A stretch of DNA of 64,000 nucleotides from contig OZ242214.1 of assembly GCA_965206595.1 (NCBI GenBank), forward strand, positions 4,448,001 through 4,512,000, read 5' to 3'. The notes under the pieces were generated by a model. It was not told the DNA's origin. It did no database searches and saw nothing but the letters and a program-made list of their open reading frames with translations. Shown here piece by piece: positions 11,100 to 22,238 of the stretch (the stretch's first letter is position 1; every line of letters begins with the position of its first letter). Both the position numbers and the translations under genes were made by a program. Source of the stretch: Candidatus Latescibacterota bacterium (lineage in GTDB: Bacteria > Latescibacterota > UBA2968 > UBA8231).

Positions 11100-13031
11100 A
11101 TGACATCCTTTCATCTCAAATCCCTGCTCATCGGCTTCTTTACACTGGGACTGATCGCTTGGTTTGCAGGCGTCCCGCTCCTGGAAAACCTGGTAGATTC
11201 GGCATACAAGGGAGATTCGCTGGATTACCTGGACAGATTGCTCGCCAAGGACCGGCAGAAAGACCCCCAGAACCGAACGCTATCCTACTACCAGGAACGT
11301 GGGATCCATACCTTTGAACGCCTCATCTTACTCTACTTCGCCGCTTGGTGTCTTGCGACCTTGGCCCTTTTCCGCGGCCGCCGACACCTGGCCTCCTTCT
11401 ATGCTGCTGCTACCTCTCCAATAAATCTTGCAGTCTTCCGCATTTTCCTGTTTGCCCAGTTGCTCGTATTCGGCCCGAAACTCGCCATTGAATTGAGCCA
11501 CCTGCCCGAAGCCGCCTTGGTTCCCCCTCCGGGATGGGGTTGGCTCCTTAGCTTCCTGCCGCCCAAGCCCTATCTGGTCGAAGGGCTGTTCAGGTTGTTT
11601 CAGCTATGTTGTATAGCGGGACTTTTAGGGATTTTCACCCGCACAGCTGCCGTCGGAGCCTCGATTATTGGCCTATATGTTTTGGGGGTTCCCCAATTTT
11701 TCGGGAAAATAGACCATTATCATTTCATGTGGTGGTTCACAGTCCTTCTGGCAGCCAGTCCTTCCGGACATGCCCTGTCAGTAGACGCAGCCCGCAGGAC
11801 CATGTCACCCGAAAACACCCCTGCACCGGGCTGGGAAGTATGCACTGCCTCTACGATTTGCCTGGTTGTTGATCGGCTTGATCTATTTTTTTCCGGGATT
11901 CTGGAAATTCGTTCTTTCGGGTACGGACTGGGCTTTGAGTGACAACCTCAGGTTCAAGATGTACGCAAAATGGTTTGAATTGGGAGGCTGGGAACCATTT
12001 TTTCGCCTGGATAAGTTCCCCTCAGGGCCACTTTACAGAAGCGGCGGAATTCTCACCATGGTACTCGAAACCCCGCGCTGTACAGAAGCGGCGGAATTCT
12101 CACCATGGTACTCGAAATGGGTTTCATCTTTGCCATGTTCTGGCGCCCAACCCGCATCGCTTATATACTGGGAGGATTAACATTTCACCTTAATAACAGT
12201 CTATTTCTTAATATACATTTCACCCATTTGATGGTTGCTTATGTGGTTTTTATAGATTGGCATAGTCTCCTTGGACGATCAAAACAGCACCTTTTCAAAA
12301 AACATGCGATCCTGTTCTACACACCCGACACGCCAGGGCAACGGTGGGCTGCCTTGGCTCGATCACTGGATTTCTTTGGTGCCGTCGACTATACCGCCGA
12401 GGAAAAGTCGGGCCCGACAATTCGCCTTTCACTAAACGGCGAACCTGCAGAAGGGATGGCTTTTTGGACCCTTTTCATTTCGCGGGTGCCGCTGATCCTG
12501 TTAGCCCTCCCTTTCCTGATAGTCCTGAACCGGAACTCCTCATTCCAAACCAACACCAAAACAACCCTTCCCCCGGTTTCGTCACGGCCGGTGACCCAGG
12601 CAGGTGTCCTTCTGTTAATCGCCAACAGTTTTTGCGGCTTCGCATTGATCGATTCCTGGCCTTTTGCCGTATACCCCACCTTCGCTTCGATAGATAAGCC
12701 GCAAGCGCCCTCAATGATCCTTATTGCCACCGACGCCAAAGAACACCCCCTTGCCCAAACTGTTCCTATGAAAAACGATCATTTCACAAGCTCTTTTGGC
12801 AGTCCTGCTCGGCTCCGTGCATATCTCAATCTGCTCCTGTCCCAGGATCCCAAACAGAACATCGATCGTTTCAAGGCATTATGGCTATTGTGGCAGCAGA
12901 CTGACGAAAACCTGGAAGGCGCCGTTGCGGTCAATTTCCACCGGGCAATGTTTTCTACAATCCCCGAAGACCAGTACCGGGTATATCGAAATCGCCGCTT
13001 GCTCTTCAGCCTGGCCGTCGGTGATGGTTGA
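11100..13031 (+). pseudogene. HTTM-like integral membrane protein split over three frames
   Basis: ORFs 11100..11942, 11866..12180 and 12105..13031 read as one hydrophobic protein (GKIDHYHF, LIYFFPGFWK, WPFAVYPTF); lower GC; frameshift near 11835 and a 37-bp duplication. Confidence 0.6.
12034..12117. repeat. Exact 37-bp direct duplication with 10-bp spacer
   Basis: TACAGAAGCGGCGGAATTCTCACCATGGTACTCGAAA at 12034-12070 and 12081-12117. Confidence 0.9.
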
Positions 13032-13172
13032 AACTGCCGGACCGCGGGGATCCGGGGGCAGGGACGGGGTGATTTGCACGCAGGGCCGGTCCTGCTTCAT
13101 CGGATTTTTCCGGTGGGTCAGAAATCAACCGAGATCGCCCTTGCTCTCTTCCTACATCTTCTACCTGATCTA

Positions 13173-14569
13173 GGCTATATCCGGGTTTTTCAAAGAGCAA
13201 TTTATAGCGTTTACAGAGAGAGATATTGAGTGATTCATACTGTAAGGAATCGGGCCGGAATCTGCGCAGGGATATCGAGGTCTCCGACGCACAGGTAGAT
13301 GAGGTCGGCAAAGGCATCGAGCGTTTTAAATCCACTGGCTCGATTCTTGACCATGCGGATGATGCGATTGAGCCCTTCGGCGGCGGCCTTGGTCAGGTGC
13401 GTATCGACGAAGGCCGTGATCCCGGCGGCATGCTTGCGCACCGCATTGACGAACCTGCGCAAGGGCTCCAGGCGGCTGTGCAGGGCCGCCTTCGTCCACT
13501 CCTTGAGGAAGCGTTCGGCGGCCCAGCGCGCCTGGTAGCGCCAGAAGTGCTCGAACTCGTCCTTCAGGGGTCAGGCGCGGTAGATGCGGCGGTTGGTCTT
13601 CTCCAGGGTTTTGAGCGTGCGCCGGTCCTTGCGCGAGCGCTGGGCGGAGTGATGCAGCAGCACCCAGCGCAGCCCCTTGAGCAGCTTGCGGTCCTCGCCG
13701 CAGGCTTGCCGCCACTGTTCCTTGCGCACCTCGTCGACGGCTTCGTTGAGGGCCTTGACGACGTGGAATCGGTCCAGGACGAGTTGGGCGTTGGGACCAT
13801 GCTGCCGGATGGCGCCGATGAAGGTCTCGCTCAGATCGCAGCAGACCCAGCGGATACGAGCCTTCTGGAAGGCGCTCAGCCGGTCCCGGAAGAACGCGTC
13901 GATGGTCTCCCGTGCCTTGTCCTTGCCGACCCGGACGACACAGGAACGTTCCAGGTCATAGACCAGGGTGGCGTATTTGTGGCACCTGGCGTAGGAGACC
14001 TCGTCGATACCGAGGGGTCTTCAGCCCGCGGATGCGGTGCCCAGTACGCCGATGCGCGATGAGCCGATGCAACTGGCAGTACTTCAGCAGCAGATATTCG
14101 AAGCGGTAGCTGACCCGGGCCGAGGGAGCCGCCCAGGGCACCTTCTCGACGTGCCGGCCGTGGGTCGGACAGCGGATCTCTCGAGGGGTGTGGTGCAACC
14201 AGAGGGTACGGCCGCAAACGCGGACATCGCGCCAGCGGCGGGGCTCCATGACCCGTACGATCTTGCTCCGGCGCCCACACTGAGGACACCGGCACCCGTT
14301 CTTGTGGGGCTTCACCGAGACCACGACGGCCGCTTCCTGCCCGCATCCTTCGAACCACACGTCGACAGCGCGAAATCCCTTGAATTGGAACAGCTTGGAG
14401 AGGAACTTCATAGCGGTCATAGGTCGCCTTCCCTTTCCTGGGGAGTGCTTGATGGGGATACACCAAGCACAGGGAACGACCTATGGCCTTGTCATGTACT
14501 CAGATGGACAGCGAGGGCTCAGGTACTTTCCGTACTTACGTTTCGGCGTTGAAAAACCCGGATAGACCC
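13173..14569 (-). mobile_element. ISL3-family insertion sequence (decayed transposase)
   Basis: Terminal IRs GGCTATATCCGGGTTTTTCAA (13173-) and TTGAAAAACCCGGATAGACCC (-14569), 19/21 match; 8-bp target duplication CTGATCTA at 13165-13172 and 14570-14577. Confidence 0.9.
13235..14420 (-). pseudogene. ISL3 transposase, multiple frameshifts
   Basis: Zinc finger CRCPQCG...IRCPTHG...VPWA in ORF 13956..14420; C-terminal AAAEGLNRIIRMVKNRASGF in ORF 13235..13462. Confidence 0.85.
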
Positions 14570-14731
14570 CTGATCTACCTGTCTGGTGAATTTCCTGCAA
14601 AGCGGGCTCCCGGTACAATCCCCCCCGGGGAGATTCCAGTAGTTCTCCCGCTGTAACTTTGAGCATGCCCGGTTTTCCGATTCAAGCCGGGTTGATCCCT
14701 TCCTCTGTTTGACCGCGCACTTGGCCAGGCA

Positions 14732-15901
14732 TCAGGCATTCGCGGCGGCGAGCACCTCCCCGTATAGCGCGTGGATCCGTGCCGCTACTTTCCGGTAGTC
14801 GTAGCGCTCCTCCGCCTGCCTTCGTATCGCCTCCCGGTCATAGGCTTCGTACCCGTCCACGACTTCAAGAATGCCCTCAGCCAGGTCTTCCCCGTCTCCA
14901 ACTGCGACCAGACGCCCTGTCGAATCGTCCACCATCTCCTCCGGACCGCCACAGCGCGTGGCCACCACCGGCAGGCCGCAGGCCATCGCCTCGATCAACA
15001 CGATTCCGAAGCTGTCGTAGAAACTGGGCAGGACCACGAGGTCGGACTCGGCCATGTGGCGCGGCATTTCCTCCGGGGGCACCGCATCCCTGAACTCCAC
15101 GCAATCCGACAGTCCCAGGGCCGCGACCTGGGGCAGGAACGGCTCGGACGTCCCGGTGGCCGGGTGGCCCCCGATCAGGACAAGCGAAACATCCGAACGC
15201 CGCCGCCGCAGTCTCGCAAGCGCCTCCAGGAGGACACGCAATCCCTTTTCCTCGACGAACCGCCCCACGTAGAGCAGGCGCCATCCCCCTTCCCCGGGCG
15301 GCCGGGATACGGCTCTCGAAAAGAGGCTGCAGTCAACGCCATTGGGTATCCAGCGCACCTTTCCGGGACTCACCCCGAGCTTCAGGACCTCATTGCGTAG
15401 ATCCCGGCTCACGGCAACGACGGCATCCGCTCTTTCCAGGGCTTCAATGGTCAACTGCCGCCACCGGGGATCGAGACTGGGCAGTCCCTTGACATCGAAA
15501 CCGTGGACGGTGACCACCACCGGCTTGCCGTTACGAACTCCGTATTCGACGGCAGCCAGACCGTCCGGATAGGCGCAGTGGGCGTGCACAAGATCCGGAA
15601 CCGCAATATCGCAGCGTTCCAAGGCACCCAGGTGGAAACGCCATTGTCTGGTGAACAGGATGCGGCGCGGCAGCGCAAGACGCCGGGGGTGGTATATCCG
15701 CAGTCCGTCCACCACCTCGACGCGCGGGACACGCCGGTAAGCGCTCCAGCGCCCGAAGCCGGGACATGGAAACCAGGGAACGGGTGCTACCACCTCGAGC
15801 GAGCAATGCTCCTTAAGGAAACGCAACTGGTTGTGGACGAAGGTTCCGCTCGCCCGGGCGTAGCTGTTGGGATAGAGGTGGGACAGGACCAGGACCCTCA
15901 C
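14732..15901 (-). CDS. Glycosyltransferase family 4 (TuaC-like)
   Basis: GTG at 15901 with GAGGAG RBS; HAHCAYPDG, DSFGIVLIEAMACGLPVVAT. Confidence 0.85.
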   Translation of the reverse strand: MRVLVLSHLYPNSYARASGTFVHNQLRFLKEHCSLEVVAPVPWFPCPGFGRWSAYRRVPRVEVVDGLRIYHPRRLALPRRILFTRQWRFHLGALERCDIAVPDLVHAHCAYPDGLAAVEYGVRNGKPVVVTVHGFDVKGLPSLDPRWRQLTIEALERADAVVAVSRDLRNEVLKLGVSPGKVRWIPNGVDCSLFSRAVSRPPGEGGWRLLYVGRFVEEKGLRVLLEALARLRRRRSDVSLVLIGGHPATGTSEPFLPQVAALGLSDCVEFRDAVPPEEMPRHMAESDLVVLPSFYDSFGIVLIEAMACGLPVVATRCGGPEEMVDDSTGRLVAVGDGEDLAEGILEVVDGYEAYDREAIRRQAEERYDYRKVAARIHALYGEVLAAANA

Positions 15902-16010
15902 GTCAGCTCCTCGCGTTCTTCCCATTCCGGCACTGCGAAGATTGTTACCGGGAGCAAGCCTTTCGGCTCGGACCGGCCGAAACCGAGAAAGACGCGAAGC
16001 GCCGGGGCCT

Positions 16011-17474
16011 TCACGCCGAGGGGGAATCCGGCTCCGTACGCGAATCCGCCTCCAGGCGCTGCACAGCAAACATCATGCCGATACAGAACCAGAACATGTT
16101 GTTGGGCAGATCGCCGTTGAAGGACTGGTTGACTTGGAAGGCTGCAAAGGTGGCGATCAGGCCGATCGTCACGGCGCGGAAATAGGGGTCTTGCATCTGC
16201 CGGAAGCGTGTCAGGCTCAAAAAGAACGTCCGCCCTACGAACCACAGAAACACGGCGAAACCGACGATGCCCAGCTCGCCCAGGACCGTGGTGATGACCG
16301 TGTGGGCTTCGTTGACGTGACTCCAGTGAGGGTACCCGGGGGGGGCGTACTGGGAAAACACATAGGGGAATGCCCGCCAACCGATACCGAGGATCGGATG
16401 GTCGAAGAACATGCCCAGGGAGGCCATGATCAGGTAGATGCGCGCCGTGCTCGAAGTGCGGCCGATGGAGCCGAACTGGTCGATCAGGGTGAAGATGGAT
16501 ATGAAGCGCTCGAAGATGTACTCGGCAAACGGCACGAACTGCTTCAGCCCCAGGACCAGCAGGATGGACGCGAACATCAGAATGAACAGATAGCGCAGCT
16601 TGCGGCTGAGCCAGAGGATGACCATCACCCCCAGCATCGTCGCCACCCAGCTGGAACGGCTGAACGAGGCCAGCAGCCCGGCGACGCCGATGAGGACCGA
16701 CAGCGCGAACAGCATCCGCTGCCAAAGAGGCTGGCGGAAGTTGAGCAGAACGGCCAACAGTGGCAGCATCCCGCTCAACAGGAACATGGCGAAGATGTTG
16801 GGATTGTGGAACGTTCCCGTCGCCCTCGGCACGTTGCCGCCCAACGCGGTGATGACCTTGACCGGAAGGTGGAACTGGCCGGTGACGACCTGGTAGGTTC
16901 CCATCACCGCACCGGCGACGGTGCAGACGACCATCGACCACAGCACCAGCGACACCGCCCCCCTGGAGTCGATGATGACCTGGACCATGTAGGCGAATAG
17001 ACCCAGGGCACAGAGCCGGAAGAAGCTGACCGTCGCCTCGGGCTGGTTGGGCGAATAGGTCAGCGACACGGCGATACAGCCCAGGAACAGAATCAGCGGG
17101 GCCTTGATCTCGAAATCGGGAAAACGGGTGCGTCTCTGCACGCAGATCTGGGCGGCGAGTGCGAGGATCAGCAGCCCGAGAGTCAGGTGGAAACCTGTAA
17201 GGTGAAAGACACCCTTGACCTTGCCCGCTTCGGTCAACAGCCGCCCGGTGCTGTCCAGGCCGGAGGTCAGGATTATGAGCGGGATGATGATCCAGGGCCT
17301 CAGCAGGGCCCCGGCCGCGTAGAGCACGGCGCACAGTAAGCCGATCAGGAAGAAGGGCAGCAGTTCGCTGACGAAGATGCTGCCGGCTGCCACCACGGCC
17401 TGGAATACCAGGAAGACGGCAAACCAGCGGCGGTCGAAGAGGTCGCTCAGGTTTCTCTCAGCCAGGATGGTCAT
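16011..17474 (-). CDS. O-antigen ligase/polymerase (Wzy_C) family membrane protein
   Basis: Many TMs; RATGTFHNPN, SFSRSSW, HPILGIG, AHTVITTVLGELGIVG. Confidence 0.85.
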   Translation of the reverse strand: MTILAERNLSDLFDRRWFAVFLVFQAVVAAGSIFVSELLPFFLIGLLCAVLYAAGALLRPWIIIPLIILTSGLDSTGRLLTEAGKVKGVFHLTGFHLTLGLLILALAAQICVQRRTRFPDFEIKAPLILFLGCIAVSLTYSPNQPEATVSFFRLCALGLFAYMVQVIIDSRGAVSLVLWSMVVCTVAGAVMGTYQVVTGQFHLPVKVITALGGNVPRATGTFHNPNIFAMFLLSGMLPLLAVLLNFRQPLWQRMLFALSVLIGVAGLLASFSRSSWVATMLGVMVILWLSRKLRYLFILMFASILLVLGLKQFVPFAEYIFERFISIFTLIDQFGSIGRTSSTARIYLIMASLGMFFDHPILGIGWRAFPYVFSQYAPPGYPHWSHVNEAHTVITTVLGELGIVGFAVFLWFVGRTFFLSLTRFRQMQDPYFRAVTIGLIATFAAFQVNQSFNGDLPNNMFWFCIGMMFAVQRLEADSRTEPDSPSA

Positions 17475-17515
17475 GATTCCGAATCAGCCGCGCAGGACGA
17501 TTGGCTTCAATAATT

Positions 17516-18739
17516 TCAGCCACGCAGGAAGGCACCCCAGCCCACTCCCTCGCCGCGCAGGTAGCGCCCCACCACCAGGATCGCCCACGCCGTGTAGGCG
17601 ATCGATTTCGACCAGGCAGCCCCCAGCAGGCCCCAGCCGGGGATGAGCCAGAAACCGAGACCGATGTTGAGGAGAAAGGCCGCCGCCGCCGCCCACAGGG
17701 TGACCGCCGGATACCCCTGCCCTGCCAGCTTGGTGTTGCAGACCGAACCGAGTCCGAGGAAAACGAGCCCCGGAAGCATCCACGCAAGGGGCAGAAAGGC
17801 TTCGGGATAAGATGGGAACAACCAGCCGATCAGCGGCCTGCCCGCCACGAGCAGCACCGAGGCGGCAGCCAGTGAAAAGAGCAATATGCCCCGGGCGACC
17901 CGCAGGCTCAACTGCCCGTCCTCGCCGCGCACCACCTTGGCCAGCAGCACGGCACCGGCCACATCGGGAACCCGCTGCATCATCTCGGCGAAGTTGAGGG
18001 CCACCCGGTAGCTGCCAACCGAGGCCTCGCCGAGAAAGTGCTCGATGAGGAACACGTCCCCGCGAAGAAGCAGGAGGACCAGCACCACCGAGACGGCGCC
18101 GCGCCCTCCCACGGCAAGCGTCCGCCGCAGGAGCCGCCGGTCGCCCCAGGTGAAACCGCCGGCGCTTCCTAGCACGGCAAAGGAGGCCAGGCCCGCCAAG
18201 CCCGCGGCGCCCGCGTAAAAAAGGAGCGCGGTCTGCAGGCTCAGCTCCCCCGCGGACAGGAGCACGGCGTTGCCTCCGAGATAGGCGGCGATGAAGACAA
18301 CCGGAACCACCGCGTACGGACGGATGCGGTCCATTCCCAGCAGCACCGCCTGCCCGGCGCGCTGCAGGACGACGAGCGCCGGCAGCGCCGCCAGAAGCGG
18401 CCACCAGGAGAGTGCTTCCGGCCCCAGAAACCGGGATGCGGTCCCGGCCCCCAGCCAGGCAATCCCCAGGCCCGCGGCGAACAGCGCCAGGAAACAGAGC
18501 AGCGCGTTGTCGCGCGCCGCGGCGCCGGCATCCTCCCGCCCCACCACGTAGGTGGTCCCGCGGCGCAGCCACTCCCCCAGAAGGGTGGCGGCGATCATCG
18601 AGGTGGTGGTCCACAGGGCCAGCTGCCCGTACCCCGCCTTGCCGAGGTGGTTGGCCAACAGCCAGTGGTTGACCATTCCAAGGGCGAAGACGATTCCGGT
18701 AGAAATCCCGTTCAGGGAAAACCCGCGAATGAAGTTCAT
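17516..18739 (-). CDS. Wzx-like oligosaccharide flippase
   Basis: About 12 TMs; RGDVFLIEHFLGEASVGSYRVA; polysaccharide locus context. Confidence 0.8.
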   Translation of the reverse strand: MNFIRGFSLNGISTGIVFALGMVNHWLLANHLGKAGYGQLALWTTTSMIAATLLGEWLRRGTTYVVGREDAGAAARDNALLCFLALFAAGLGIAWLGAGTASRFLGPEALSWWPLLAALPALVVLQRAGQAVLLGMDRIRPYAVVPVVFIAAYLGGNAVLLSAGELSLQTALLFYAGAAGLAGLASFAVLGSAGGFTWGDRRLLRRTLAVGGRGAVSVVLVLLLLRGDVFLIEHFLGEASVGSYRVALNFAEMMQRVPDVAGAVLLAKVVRGEDGQLSLRVARGILLFSLAAASVLLVAGRPLIGWLFPSYPEAFLPLAWMLPGLVFLGLGSVCNTKLAGQGYPAVTLWAAAAAFLLNIGLGFWLIPGWGLLGAAWSKSIAYTAWAILVVGRYLRGEGVGWGAFLRG

Positions 18740-18955
18740 CCGTCAATGAAGCGGGAAACCCCTTCGCGCCCGGAGGCTCCCGGCGCCTGAGACCGCTTTA
18801 TCGAGGGCATCGGGGGTCCGGTTCGCCCCGATGCCTGCCGGGTTCCCTGGCCTGGCGATCTCTCTCGGGTCCACTTGTCGGACGGGGTCGGATGCGCCCC
18901 CGCAGCCGGGTCCGCGGAGAGGGCCGGGTTTCCACCCCTTACAGGAAGGCCCCAC

Positions 18956-19750
18956 TCACGCCTCCACCCCCTGGACCTTTCCGGGTTCCAGCCCCATCGA
19001 CTGGTGCTGCCGGCGCGCCGAATCGAGGTAGCGCTGGTGGGCCTCCTCGTCGAGGCGGCAGCTGTCGCCGTACATCACCATGGCGAAGGCCCGGCGGGAA
19101 CGCGTCGCCGACCTGTTCGGGTCGGCCCGGTGGATGATCTCGCAGTGGTGCACCGCGGCATCCCCGGGGCGCAAGCGGATGGCGACCTCCCGCGCTTCGT
19201 CCTCCGGCCCGAAGTCGGAGATCCCCTGGGAGAATCCGAGCACGCTGGTCGCCGCGTGCGGCCGCAGGCCGCGCTTGTGCGCCCCGGCGACGTAGCGCAG
19301 ACAGCCGTTCTCCTCGTCGACCGGGTCCAGCGCCAGCCAGATGGTCGCCGCGTTGGCCGGTTTCAGGTTGAAGTAGTAGTTGTCCTGGTGCGGAGGCGTG
19401 GGATGCAGTGTGTTCGGCGGCTTGTTGAACCACTCCGGCTCCTTGGCCTCGGCCGGCTCGCCGAGCAGGTCCTCGGCCAGCCTCATCCAGCGCGGATGCC
19501 TGGCGTATTCGGCGAAGAACGGATCGTTGCCCATGTGCTGCATCTGCTTCAGGGTCTCGGGGCGGCTGCGGTCCTGGTAGAAGGCGTCCGAGTCCGACAG
19601 GGTCGGCACGACGTCGCGGATGTAGCGGTCGAGGTTCTCCTGCAGCTCGGCGAACTCCTCCCCGGTGAGAAACTCAGGCACCACCGCGTAGCCGTCGCGG
19701 TCGAAGCCGGGTTTGTGAGGGGCGAATGTTTCGGTGATCGTGTCGGTCAT
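18956..19750 (-). CDS. Phytanoyl-CoA dioxygenase (PhyH) family protein
   Basis: FDRDGYAVVPEFL, TPPHQDNYY (HxD), WLALDPVDEENGCL, HHCEIIHR. Confidence 0.9.
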   Translation of the reverse strand: MTDTITETFAPHKPGFDRDGYAVVPEFLTGEEFAELQENLDRYIRDVVPTLSDSDAFYQDRSRPETLKQMQHMGNDPFFAEYARHPRWMRLAEDLLGEPAEAKEPEWFNKPPNTLHPTPPHQDNYYFNLKPANAATIWLALDPVDEENGCLRYVAGAHKRGLRPHAATSVLGFSQGISDFGPEDEAREVAIRLRPGDAAVHHCEIIHRADPNRSATRSRRAFAMVMYGDSCRLDEEAHQRYLDSARRQHQSMGLEPGKVQGVEA

Positions 19751-19918
19751 CGCTCTCTTCTCCATTTGGTGAAGACATGTAAATATAACTGCCGGCCGCA
19801 GATGGAGCCGGCCGCCCCGGGCATGTCCGACGCGGCCGGGCATCCCCGGGGCCCGGGATATCCCGCTGCAACTGGCACGCCAGCAGAGCGACCCTATCTG
19901 CCAGCTCCCGGGCGGCCG

Positions 19919-22147
19919 TCAGCCCGCCTCGAACCTGCGCAGGACGTTGCCGGTGATGCGGGAGACGTTGTTGTCGTAGCCGTTGTGGGAAAGGCTGCCG
20001 CACCAGCTGATCGAGCCGACGGAGAAGACCGCCCCGCCCTTGGGACCCTCGTAGTAGACCATGTCGGCGCGCACGAGCGGGTTGCCGCTTCCACCGGTCG
20101 GCGGGCCGGAGGCTTTCTGGTCTTCGATCGCCAGCTGGTAGTCGTCGGAATGGCCCCATGAGGAGGCGAGCAGGAGGGCGTGGGCCGGGGTTCCGAGGCC
20201 GTGGTCCATGCGGTCGATCTCGAAGCCGGCGGCGCCGTGCCCGTACACCAGCGAGGGAAAGTCCCCGACCAGCTCGTCCTCCCCGATCCCCTCGAAAATG
20301 AATGCCGCGCGCTCGTCGAAGCTGCCGGGCTGGCGGCGGTAGGGCCGGTTCTCGCCGCTGCCCATCGCCACGAAGCCGACCCCCACGGTCTTCTGGGGCG
20401 CGCGGTTGCGCAGCCGCCACAGGCCGCCCAGCTCGCCGGTGGTGCTGTGGTGGTACTCTCCCGGCAGGGCCTCCCAGGCGCGCGTGCCTCCCCAGCGCCT
20501 GACCTCGATGACGCGCGGGCGCTCCGGGTCGAAGGAGGTGACCCAGTAGAGGCCGTTGCCGCCGAGGTACATCAGCCGTCCCCCATCCGCCTGGTACGAC
20601 TGCATGCCGTCGAGCATCTGCAGGGTCCAGTACTCCGGATGGGTGCCGGTGACGACGACGCGGTACGGCGCCAGCAGCTCCGCTCCTTCGAGGTGGAGGT
20701 CGTCGTCGCTGATCACGTCGTACCCGAACCCCTGGGCGTCCATCCAGTCGAGCAGGTGGAAGTCGGCATTCAGCCCGTGGGGCCAGCCCGCGGCCAGCGA
20801 CAGCGCCGCGTTCCGGTACCCGGGCTTCATGTTCAGGATCGGCCGCAGGCGGGAGGAGTAGCAGACCCCGGAGCCGTCGCTGTGCATGTCGTAGAGGCTC
20901 ATCAGGTTGTGGTCGCGCATGTACTGGTCGCGGCGGCCGACCGGCCCGCTGTCGCGGCGGCCCAGCTCGACCCGCATCGGGTCGTTGTACTGCTGGTTGG
21001 CGTAGGCGAGGTAGGTGACCGATGGGGCGAGAAAGGCGATGCGGGACTGCGGCCGACCGCGGGCTGGCCTCGCCGCGAAAGGGACGAAATCCTCCTCCCC
21101 GCCGGACCTCAGCCTCGCCGCGTAGATGCCGCTGGCCAGCCCCTCGGGAACCTGCCACGCGAAGCCGGTCTCCCACCCCGCATCCTCGAGGTCGTCGTCG
21201 TGAAAGTGGATGGCTCCGTACTCGGAGGGCCTCGCCCTGAAATCGGCCTCGCGGCCGCTCCAGTTGCGGCCCGCCGCGGCGCGCATCGGCAGGTTGACGG
21301 CGCGTCCGTGAAGGCCCTGGGGTGAGGTGTCGGTCACCTGCGACGACGAGATGTCAAGGGAGAAATCCCAGCTCGCGACGAGGTCCTCTGCCGCGACGGA
21401 GTCTTCTCCCCTGCGCAGCTGATCGATCTCTTCGGCGGACAGCGCACGTCCGTACAACCGGGGGCTGTCGATCCTGCCGTTGTAATGGGCCGTAGCGACA
21501 GGCTCGCCTTCCCCGGTGCACCGCCAGTACGCCGCCATCAGGAAATCGCAGGAGCTGGTCCCGGCCACCCCAGGCCCGACGGTTTTCGCGACCGACAGCG
21601 AAGGATCTCCGAGCGGCCAGCCGACCACCGGCTCCTGGTACAGGCAGGCCTCGCCGGTGGCGGGGTCCCAGGTTGCCGCAACCGAGTACCAGTGCGATGC
21701 CCCAAGGCCGGCGTTAATGCGGATTCTTTCGATCCGCTCCTTGCCTGAGCCGAGCCAGAGCGCCAGACAGCCGTCTTCGTCGAGTACGAGGGCAAAGCCG
21801 GATTGCTCCTGGTCGCACCATTTCGTCAGCAGGCCCTGGACCCCCTTTTCGGGGGTGGTCGGGAAAACCCAGGCGTGCAGGGTGAAGCCGTCGCTGCCGT
21901 CGAGACAGGAGTCGTGGGGCACTGCCACCGACGAGCCGGTGCGAATCGGCTGCGGCCGGCCCGGGTACTCGCCGGCGACGTCGGAGTCGACGGCATCGAA
22001 CCGGAAGCCCGGGCCCGCGGGGTTCTCGTCGAGGTGGCGCAGGCGGACGATGTCGCCGCGGTAGGTGGGGGACTCGCTGCTGACCATGAAGCGGACGGTC
22101 TCCCCCGGGGCGGCGCTGAAGCGGTCGCTGTACCCGACGAGCTTCAT
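19919..22147 (-). CDS. N,N-dimethylformamidase large-subunit family protein with LamG-like domain
   Basis: TYLAYAN, SLYDMHSDGSG, GTHPEYWT, YLGGNGLYW, GGAVFSVGSISWCGSL. Confidence 0.85.
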   Translation of the reverse strand: MKLVGYSDRFSAAPGETVRFMVSSESPTYRGDIVRLRHLDENPAGPGFRFDAVDSDVAGEYPGRPQPIRTGSSVAVPHDSCLDGSDGFTLHAWVFPTTPEKGVQGLLTKWCDQEQSGFALVLDEDGCLALWLGSGKERIERIRINAGLGASHWYSVAATWDPATGEACLYQEPVVGWPLGDPSLSVAKTVGPGVAGTSSCDFLMAAYWRCTGEGEPVATAHYNGRIDSPRLYGRALSAEEIDQLRRGEDSVAAEDLVASWDFSLDISSSQVTDTSPQGLHGRAVNLPMRAAAGRNWSGREADFRARPSEYGAIHFHDDDLEDAGWETGFAWQVPEGLASGIYAARLRSGGEEDFVPFAARPARGRPQSRIAFLAPSVTYLAYANQQYNDPMRVELGRRDSGPVGRRDQYMRDHNLMSLYDMHSDGSGVCYSSRLRPILNMKPGYRNAALSLAAGWPHGLNADFHLLDWMDAQGFGYDVISDDDLHLEGAELLAPYRVVVTGTHPEYWTLQMLDGMQSYQADGGRLMYLGGNGLYWVTSFDPERPRVIEVRRWGGTRAWEALPGEYHHSTTGELGGLWRLRNRAPQKTVGVGFVAMGSGENRPYRRQPGSFDERAAFIFEGIGEDELVGDFPSLVYGHGAAGFEIDRMDHGLGTPAHALLLASSWGHSDDYQLAIEDQKASGPPTGGSGNPLVRADMVYYEGPKGGAVFSVGSISWCGSLSHNGYDNNVSRITGNVLRRFEAG

Positions 22148-22238
22148 GTTCTTGCAGTGGCCAGGAATACCTGCGATCGAGCCGGGAGAGGCCGGTTACT
22201 CCAGGGCCTCGAGCCCGCGGCGGTCGCAGGGGTGCGAA

